Assembly (NCBI GenBank): GCA_031414595.1
Contig: JANNVX010000015.1
Span: 1-64,000 of the forward strand
DNA length: 64,000 nucleotides
Origin: Deinococcales bacterium
GTDB lineage: Bacteria > Deinococcota > Deinococci > Deinococcales > JAAFIG01
Reading direction: 5' to 3'
How positions within the stretch are numbered: the stretch's first letter is position 1; each line of letters begins with the position of its first letter. This document shows, one piece after another, positions 57,541 through 64,000 of the stretch. The notes below the pieces were generated by a model. The model did not search any database, was not told the DNA's origin, and was given only the letters and a program-made list of their open reading frames with translations. The translations under genes were made by a program, and so were the position numbers.

Positions 57541-59007
57541 CGCCGCTTGCGCTTCGGCGTTCTCGTCCCACGGGAGAATCTGTGTGCCGCGTTCAATGGT
57601 TCGTTCGTGTCCTTTGCCAGCCAGCAGCACCGTGTCGCCGTCTCGAGCCATCCGAATGGCGCTTTGAATAGCAGTGCGGCGGTCCGGGATGATTTCGTAA
57701 CTTGTTCCCCCAGCCCCCAGAAAGGCGGTTTTGATCGTCTCGAGAATGGCGCTGGTGTCTTCGGTGCGGCTGTCCTCTTCGGTAAAAATGGCATGGTCAA
57801 CGGTTCTGGCTGCCACACTACCAATTCCAGTTCGCCGATTTGGGTCGCGTTGCCCGGCTGCGCCAATCACCAAAATCAGCCTACCTTTTGTGGTCTGTCT
57901 TAACGTTGTGGCGGCGACCTCGAGACTTGCGCCAGTATGAGCAAAGTCGTTAATCACCCGAAAAGGTTCGGCTTGTAGAATCTGCATTCGCCCGGGGACT
58001 CCCGCAAACGTCCTAAAACCCTGCTCGAGTTGCTGTTGACTTAATCCAAGATGCTGCCCAATGGCGTAAGCGGCGGCGGCATTGCTGGTGTTAAATGCAC
58101 CAATCATCGGTAAGAAAAGCGGGTATTCTTCAAAACCATTTTTTAAGACAAATTCTATCCCATGGGCAGTCTCGAGGAGGTTGATTGGCTGCCAATTAAA
58201 TTCCGAGCCAAACGAATCAATCTCGGGGTACTCGAGTGTTGCTTGTTGTTTGAACCGCTCAAATTGTGTCCAGAAACGTGGCAAGAAATCATGTTCTACA
58301 ACGGCGAATCGGCTTCGGGCGGGCAGTTTGGCTTTAGCCGCAAAATAGCCGCTTTCCGAACCATGAAAATCAATATGGTCGTCGGGGTAGAAATTGATAA
58401 ACGCCCCAACTTCAAATTTAATCCCAGTTACCCGCTCGAGTTCAAGCGCATGAGATGAAATTTCCATCACCACATGGGTGCAGCCAGCCGTTAAAAATCG
58501 GTGCAGCAATTCGTAAACTTGGGGCGATTCTGGGGTGGTGAAATGCCCTGGTAGGTGTTCTTCACGTCCTGCAAAACGCACTGCTACGGTACTCATCTGG
58601 GCAGCCTTCAAGCCAGCGCTCTCGAGCAGATGATAAACCAGTGCAACCGTGGTGCTTTTACCTTTAGAACCTGTAATTCCAATAATTTTGAGCTGCTTAT
58701 CTGGGCGACCCCAAATTTCTTTTGCCAATAATGCACAGGTTTCCCTAGGATTCGGCACTTGAAGGTACGGCACATTTAACTCGAGTGGTTTAGACCCAAT
58801 CACCGCGACTGCGCCATTCTCGAGGGCTTTGGGAATAAAATCATGTCCATCAAGTGGTTCGCGCCCAGCCAAAGGAATGCCAGATGCAGCCACAAACACA
58901 AAATCGGGTTTAACCAGTCTCGAGTCAAGTGCCACGCCAGTTATTTTTGGGTTGCTCGAGAAGCTATGTTTTAGGTGGACTCGAGTCAGGAGGTCTGCGA
59001 GGTTCAT
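57511..59007 (-). CDS. murE: UDP-MurNAc-dipeptide:diamino acid ligase
   Basis: DSR, GITGSKGKST, TTPE, MEISSH, DFAHT and AGKGHE motifs. Confidence 0.92.
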   Translation of the reverse strand: MNLADLLTRVHLKHSFSSNPKITGVALDSRLVKPDFVFVAASGIPLAGREPLDGHDFIPKALENGAVAVIGSKPLELNVPYLQVPNPRETCALLAKEIWGRPDKQLKIIGITGSKGKSTTVALVYHLLESAGLKAAQMSTVAVRFAGREEHLPGHFTTPESPQVYELLHRFLTAGCTHVVMEISSHALELERVTGIKFEVGAFINFYPDDHIDFHGSESGYFAAKAKLPARSRFAVVEHDFLPRFWTQFERFKQQATLEYPEIDSFGSEFNWQPINLLETAHGIEFVLKNGFEEYPLFLPMIGAFNTSNAAAAYAIGQHLGLSQQQLEQGFRTFAGVPGRMQILQAEPFRVINDFAHTGASLEVAATTLRQTTKGRLILVIGAAGQRDPNRRTGIGSVAARTVDHAIFTEEDSRTEDTSAILETIKTAFLGAGGTSYEIIPDRRTAIQSAIRMARDGDTVLLAGKGHERTIERGTQILPWDENAEAQAALQDRIDSRP

Positions 59008-59061
59008 GCGCTACGATAACTGATTCCTCGAGCCGAGGTGATTTTTTATATACTGCTTGAT

Positions 59062-60309
59062 ATGCGAACCCCCAGTGTGCTTGAAATGCAAAGCCATCAT
59101 CTCGAGTTGAATAATCCAGATTTTATCCTGAATCCTTACCCTGTTCTGGGGGAGCTTCGCCAAACCAAGCCAATTTTTTATGACCCAATTTGGAAAAAAG
59201 TTTTTGTTCTAAGCTATGACCACATTTCAAGTTTATTGCGCGACAAACGCTTTGGGCGGAGCATTTTTCATCTCCTGAGCCGTGATGAACTGGGTTTCCC
59301 ACCTCCCGACCCACGCCTAACGGCTTTTGATGCTTTTCAGGAGCATCATATTCTCGATATGGAAGGCTCTGGACATACTCGCATTCGGGGTTTGGTGCAA
59401 AAAGCCTTTACGCCCTCAAAGGTCGAGAATCTTCGTTTGCGAATTCGGGATTTGGTGGCAAGCAGTCTCGAGAACCTGCCGCAAACTTTTGATGCAGTCG
59501 GTGATTTTGCAGAGCCGCTTCCTGTGATGGTGATTGCCGAATTGTTGGGTGTTCCAGCCTTAGACAGGCACAAACTGCGCCCGTGGAGCGCGGCGATAGT
59601 CAAACTCTATGAGCTTGGGTATTCAGATGAGACTGCTGAAGCAGGTAACACGGCGGTTCTCGAGTTTTCGGCATATATTCAAGCCCTTGCTAAGCAACGT
59701 CGGCTCGAGCCACAAGATGATTTAATTTCGGCGTTGGTACAAGTCGAAGAAGCAGGGGAGAGGTTAAGCAATGCCGAGTTAATTGCCAACTGTATTTTGT
59801 TTTTGAATGCTGGGCATGAAGCCACGGTCAATGGTTTATCGAGTGCGCTTTTAGCACTGCACAACCATCCAAGTGCCAAAGCCGAGTTGGTCGCGGCTGT
59901 TTCGCAACCAGACACCGCAAAAATTTGGACAAGTGCGGTGGACGAATTGCTGCGTTTTGACACGCCCTTGCCAATGTTTGAGCGCTGGGTTCTCGAGGAT
60001 ATGGAATTTGCTGGGCTGCAACTAAAAAAAGGTATGGAACTGGCATTAATGTACGCCAGTGGCAACCGTGACCCAAATAAATTTGAGTATCCAGACCAAA
60101 TAAACCTAGCTCGAGAACCCAATATGCACCTGACTTTTGGGCTTGGCACACACTACTGTATTGGCGCACCGTTGGCTCGACTCGAGATGAGTGTGGCACT
60201 GCGGATGTTTCTAAAGAAATTTCCAAATTACAGTATTCCAGAGCAGCCCCTTGAGTACACTGGGTTTGTGATTCGGGGCTTAAAACAATTGATCGTGCAA
60301 GTCGGATAA
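59062..60309 (+). CDS. Cytochrome P450
   Basis: AGHEAT I-helix, ELLR, heme motif FGLGTHYCIG. Start at ATG 59062 (after TATACT). Confidence 0.94.
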   Translation: MRTPSVLEMQSHHLELNNPDFILNPYPVLGELRQTKPIFYDPIWKKVFVLSYDHISSLLRDKRFGRSIFHLLSRDELGFPPPDPRLTAFDAFQEHHILDMEGSGHTRIRGLVQKAFTPSKVENLRLRIRDLVASSLENLPQTFDAVGDFAEPLPVMVIAELLGVPALDRHKLRPWSAAIVKLYELGYSDETAEAGNTAVLEFSAYIQALAKQRRLEPQDDLISALVQVEEAGERLSNAELIANCILFLNAGHEATVNGLSSALLALHNHPSAKAELVAAVSQPDTAKIWTSAVDELLRFDTPLPMFERWVLEDMEFAGLQLKKGMELALMYASGNRDPNKFEYPDQINLAREPNMHLTFGLGTHYCIGAPLARLEMSVALRMFLKKFPNYSIPEQPLEYTGFVIRGLKQLIVQVG

Positions 60310-60463
60310 GTCATTCGAGGTGTGGAGGTACGTTGAATCTTAAAAATAACGTCTAGGACAAATTTCTCAAAACTCAAAGCCAAATAGTCTGCTGCTGTTC
60401 AAAAACAATTTTGCTAAGGTCTGCATTGAAAAGTCTAGTCTAGTATGATACACTTGGTCTACT

Positions 60464-60697
60464 ATGGAAACCACAACAGTGAATGTTTACCAAGCCAAAA
60501 CTCAACTTTCGCAACTGATAGACCGTGCCTTGAGTGGCGAACAGATTGTCTTATCTAGGCGTGGAAAACCACTGATTAAGTTCTTGCCCCTCGAGAATAC
60601 ACCAAAAAAACGTGAATTGGGTTTCTTAGATTTTCCGCTTGAACCAGACTTTGATAAACGCTGCATGGAACAACTGGATTTTGAGATGTTCAAGTGA
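60464..60697 (+). CDS. Phd/YefM-family antitoxin
   Basis: VNVYQAKTQLSQLID-GEQIVLSRRGKP. Confidence 0.9.
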   Translation: METTTVNVYQAKTQLSQLIDRALSGEQIVLSRRGKPLIKFLPLENTPKKRELGFLDFPLEPDFDKRCMEQLDFEMFK

Positions 60698-61086
60698 AAT
60701 CTTACCTTTTGGATACCCATGTTTTTATCTGGGCAATTCGTGAACCAAAAAAATTGTCTATTGCGGCTCGTCGTATTCTCGATAATCCTCAAGCCGATTT
60801 GCTCATCTCGAGTATTACACCTTGGGAAATCGCCATGAAATACCGCATCGGAAAAATGCCAGAAGCTGCCTATATTCTGCCGCAATTTGATTCGCATTTA
60901 CAAAAAATTCGCGCTCGTGACTTACCATTTTCTTTGCAACATGGACTTGAAACGTCCAGTGTACAATTGCCTCATGGTGATCCTTTTGACCGAGCGCTTT
61001 TTGCTCAAGCCAAACTCGAGGGCTTAACCTTAATCAGTGCCGATACAGCCTTTGAAGATGCGGTTGGCGTAAAGGTGTTGTGGTAA
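60694..61086 (+). CDS. VapC PIN-domain toxin
   Basis: LLDTH, SSITPWE, HGDPFDR and ISAD motifs; GTGA overlap with the antitoxin. Confidence 0.92.
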   Translation: MKSYLLDTHVFIWAIREPKKLSIAARRILDNPQADLLISSITPWEIAMKYRIGKMPEAAYILPQFDSHLQKIRARDLPFSLQHGLETSSVQLPHGDPFDRALFAQAKLEGLTLISADTAFEDAVGVKVLW

Positions 61087-61093
61087 AAAAAAC

Positions 61094-61126
61094 CGAACTC
61101 GAGAAAAATACATCTCGAGTTCTTTT
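61094..61126. terminator. Hairpin between convergent genes, probable terminator
   Basis: GAACTCGAGA-N8-TCTCGAGTTC followed by TTTT. Confidence 0.6.
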
Positions 61127-61201
61127 AGGTGGATATTTTGGATTTGAAAAGCCCTACGAGAACTCCTACAAAACCCTCGAGAAGCTGCCTTTTGGCATGG
61201 A

Positions 61202-62680
61202 TTAGCGGTTCAAGTCAAAGACAAATAAGTAATGCTCGGTGCTGCGGGTTTTAAGACTCATTTCTTTGGGTGTACCAATTTCGATTTTGGCTTTAACATC
61301 AGTCATTTCTAAACCGATTTCCGCCCCGTTCTTTTGTGGTGCGCTTAAACGCAGGGTTTTTACGCCAGCCATTGGCTCGCTGCTCTGTAGGGAAACGGGT
61401 ACACTGGTGCTTTCGTGTGGGAATTTATAGTTGTTTGGGTTGCGCCACTCTCCTGTAACATTTGCCACGGCTGGGAAAATCCAACCAGCCAAATAGAGCT
61501 TGTTGCCATACGCGGCAATGCCCATGTTGTGATCCATGGCGAGAACTTCTTTTTGCGTGCCGGTAAAGTAATACATTTCTTGCTCGAGTTTGCCGTCTAA
61601 GTTGTATTTGAGTAAAACACTATCGCCAAATTGATAATCAGCTTGGGTGTTTTCTTGATAGCCGATTCGTCCGCCTAAGTAAAGGCTATTGCCAATCACC
61701 CGAACGATTCTTGCATTGTTGCGGTCATTGCGAACCCCAGCGTTGTAGCGTTGCCCCCAGAGAATTTTACCATTGGGGTCTAGTTTGAATAGCTCGAGGT
61801 AGGTTTGTGTTCCGTGGACATCGCTAGCGGCATACAGATTGCCATTTGCATCCATATCAAGGTCAGAAATGGTGCTACCACGGGTTTCTTGGGGAATTTC
61901 TTTTGCCCAGTTAAACTCGAGTTTATCTTGAATTACGCTTAACTTGAGGATTTGTCCTCGGGCGGTGCGTCCGTTCCAACCGCCTAAGTAAAGGCTGCTG
62001 GCGTTGGCATTGGCAACGATGCTATACACGCGGTCATTGCTGCCGGGAGTTGGGTCTATGGTCAGGGCATCGAGTTGATTGCCGTTATTTGTATCAAAAA
62101 TACTGACCAGAATCTGGGCTTCGTCGCCAGCGTCGCCGCCGCCACCAGCCACAAAGACCCGATTACCGACCACCGTCAGGCTCGAGGCGTTGGTTGCCCC
62201 ATTGGCTTGGTTTTTCCAATGGGGTCGCCAGGCTTTGCTCCAGAGCATTTCACCGTTACTGGATAATTTGACAACAATTTGGCTTGGTGGTTCGGCATTG
62301 ATTTTCCAAGCGGCTCGAGCCACGATATAAACACTACCTGCGCTGTCTATGGCGATAGAACGACTGGTTGCGCCGTGGTCGCCATCTATGTAGCGCATCG
62401 GAGAATCTAAGCCCGGTGTGCCAATGCTTTTTGCCCATAAAAGCTCGCCAGATGGAGATACCTTAGAAACCAGTAAATCGCCGTAGTAAGTGTCCACAAA
62501 GCTCTTGGAGACCCCAACCGTGATGGCATTGCCGTTTGAATCCACCACCAAACCATTTAAGACATCCGAACTATTGCCTCCCCAAACGCGCTCGAGACTT
62601 GGTTTAGGGGTGCTGTTTTGGGCAAAAGCAAACACGCTTAAGCCAATTGCCAATGCAGTTGTTTGTAGAATTTTTTTCAT
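61202..62680 (-). CDS. Secreted beta-propeller repeat protein
   Basis: Signal peptide MKKILQTTALAIGLSVFAFA; repeated DxxGN...K-xxGxxxW blades; RBS GAGGAAGG. Confidence 0.75.
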   Translation of the reverse strand: MKKILQTTALAIGLSVFAFAQNSTPKPSLERVWGGNSSDVLNGLVVDSNGNAITVGVSKSFVDTYYGDLLVSKVSPSGELLWAKSIGTPGLDSPMRYIDGDHGATSRSIAIDSAGSVYIVARAAWKINAEPPSQIVVKLSSNGEMLWSKAWRPHWKNQANGATNASSLTVVGNRVFVAGGGGDAGDEAQILVSIFDTNNGNQLDALTIDPTPGSNDRVYSIVANANASSLYLGGWNGRTARGQILKLSVIQDKLEFNWAKEIPQETRGSTISDLDMDANGNLYAASDVHGTQTYLELFKLDPNGKILWGQRYNAGVRNDRNNARIVRVIGNSLYLGGRIGYQENTQADYQFGDSVLLKYNLDGKLEQEMYYFTGTQKEVLAMDHNMGIAAYGNKLYLAGWIFPAVANVTGEWRNPNNYKFPHESTSVPVSLQSSEPMAGVKTLRLSAPQKNGAEIGLEMTDVKAKIEIGTPKEMSLKTRSTEHYLFVFDLNR

Positions 62681-62711
62681 GTCCTTCCTCCGCATATCAG
62701 TATCAAAGAAA

Positions 62712-62729
62712 GGTGTTATGTGGGTGTTA
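62712..62729 (-). promoter_or_regulatory. Heptamer direct repeat with 11-bp period, candidate activator site
   Basis: TAACACC-caca-TAACACC, 7 nt upstream of a -10-like GATACT. Confidence 0.5.
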
Positions 62730-64000
62730 TGCGAAAACATCAAAAGGCAAAATCTCCTCGAGCGAAATAAGTGGTTCAATCGGCACTTGCCCGATTTTTT
62801 GGCGCAATTCTTTGAGTATTTTCTCGAGCAATTGTTGTTCTCGGGGGGCTGGTTGGCGCTCCAAAACAAGGTTGGCAATGCGCCATGCTTGGAGGTACTG
62901 CTTATTTTCAAGCTCGAGTTCGGTCAGGGCAACAAGGGTCAGATTTGTTTGCGGTGCCGCTTCGAGTTGCAGACTTACTTTAAGGCTTTGCAGTAACATC
63001 TTTTTGGCTGGCTCGAGTTGCCCTAGGTCTTGTAGGGTCAGTCCAATACCACGCAAGGCAATCACTTCAACATAGCCGTGTCCCATACGCTGACAGCGTT
63101 TGAGGGTCTGTTCAAAACCACCTAGGGCTTGAGGGAGTTTTTGTTCACGGCGGGCGGTATCGGCTAAGTGGCTGCTGACCAGTGTTTCGCCAAAATGATC
63201 GCCTATTGCTTGGGCAATACTCAAACATGCCCTAAATAATTGTTTGGCTTGGCTTAATTGCCCAAGGTTTTTTAGGGCATCGCCAAGATTAAGCTGGGCA
63301 ATAAACATGGCTCTGGGCTGAGCGCTTTTGCGCCGTAACTCGAGGCTCTCACGGTGGTACTGCACAGCTTTTTGGGCATCGCCACTGTTTAAGGAAACCA
63401 AACCCAAAGAATTGAGTACCCGAGCCTTGGCTGCACCATCCTCGAGTTGCTGCATCAGACCTAAAGCGATTTCAAATTGCTGCGTGGCTTTGGTAAAATC
63501 ACCCATGCCCTCAAAGACATTACCCAATTGATAGGCGCAAACACCAATCCCGCGTGGGTCGTTTTCGCGGGTATACAGTGCTTGGGCATTCTCGAGGGTT
63601 TTTAAGGTGCTGTGGTACAAACCCAAGCGAAATTCTGCCCATGCCAAGCGCACCAAGAGTTTAGCATGGGCAAGGGTGTTGGCTTGGCTGGCATCAGCCG
63701 CGATTCTAAAGAGTTGTTGAGCTTCAAAAAATAAGCCTCGTAAATCTAGGTAAGTCGAAAGAGCAACACTGGCAGAACTAAGTAATTCTATTTGCTGATG
63801 TTCACAGGCAAAATTCCAAGCCGCACGGATATTCTCGAGTTCAATCCGAACCGCCTCGAGATGATTTTTTGGTTCAATTTCTAGTTTGCCCTCGAGTTTG
63901 GCTAACCATTGCAAAAAATACTGAGCATGAGCGGCTTTGACCTCAATCTGGGATTGCAGATTTTTGATCGCGGCGTGCCGAATCAGTTTGAGCATCGTAA
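62727..64000 (-). CDS. C-terminal part of an ATPase/TPR (AfsR/STAND-like) protein, 5' end outside the window
   Basis: HAQYF, ELENIRAAW and RG-EA motifs typical of NB-ARC-associated regions, followed by TPR repeats; the frame is open to the window edge. Confidence 0.75.
   Translation of the reverse strand, partial: TMLKLIRHAAIKNLQSQIEVKAAHAQYFLQWLAKLEGKLEIEPKNHLEAVRIELENIRAAWNFACEHQQIELLSSASVALSTYLDLRGLFFEAQQLFRIAADASQANTLAHAKLLVRLAWAEFRLGLYHSTLKTLENAQALYTRENDPRGIGVCAYQLGNVFEGMGDFTKATQQFEIALGLMQQLEDGAAKARVLNSLGLVSLNSGDAQKAVQYHRESLELRRKSAQPRAMFIAQLNLGDALKNLGQLSQAKQLFRACLSIAQAIGDHFGETLVSSHLADTARREQKLPQALGGFEQTLKRCQRMGHGYVEVIALRGIGLTLQDLGQLEPAKKMLLQSLKVSLQLEAAPQTNLTLVALTELELENKQYLQAWRIANLVLERQPAPREQQLLEKILKELRQKIGQVPIEPLISLEEILPFDVFA

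Noticed and set aside
60464-61086. vapBC as a novel system
   Set aside because: A canonical type II toxin-antitoxin pair.
1-64000. CRISPR array or cas genes
   Set aside because: No regularly spaced 23-47 bp repeats with unique spacers. The repeats found are REP palindromes, simple duplications or the 6-bp motif.
1-64000. The many short antisense or alternate-frame ORFs in the track (e.g. 2733-3302, 32049-32582, 34431-34937, 59679-60149)
   Set aside because: They shadow well-supported genes, have no recognisable motifs and lack promoter or RBS support.
1-64000. CTCGAG excess as a cloning or assembly artefact (XhoI junctions)
   Set aside because: The sites sit in frame inside intact conserved genes without breaking homology.

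Overview
Bacterial chromosomal window with roughly 47% GC (estimated by eye). It is most consistent with a Deinococcota (Deinococcus-Thermus) organism: TANNNT leaderless promoters are pervasive, MurE lacks the DAP-specific DNPR motif, and it carries Uma2 and C-terminal-BTAD proteins. About 50 genes are present. Housekeeping genes: rpiA, bcp, aroH, methylmalonyl-CoA mutase, smc, smpB, galT, pgi, citrate synthase, an RlmD-like methyltransferase, udk, murE. Accessory blocks: a CheB-CheR-PAS-kinase module, a 17 kb LacI-controlled glycan-utilisation locus, tandem cold-shock genes, the nfeD-floA operon, an ATPase+PIN pair, vapBC and two ATPase/TPR regulators. I found no rRNA, tRNA, CRISPR array or intact transposase. 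Most notable observations: (1) one 1007-aa ORF fuses two sugar-ABC permease domains to an acyltransferase-3 domain and sits behind a copy of the locus LacI operator; (2) CTCGAG is iterated at extreme, HIP-like frequency; (3) two csp genes share a covarying structured 5' leader whose conserved loop is complementary to their own coding sequence; (4) a clan GH-A + GH81 fusion enzyme; (5) a candidate ATPase-PIN defence pair next to a REP doublet; (6) two receiver genes that appear to be translated through leaderless uORFs. All family assignments come from motif recognition by eye, with no database searches.
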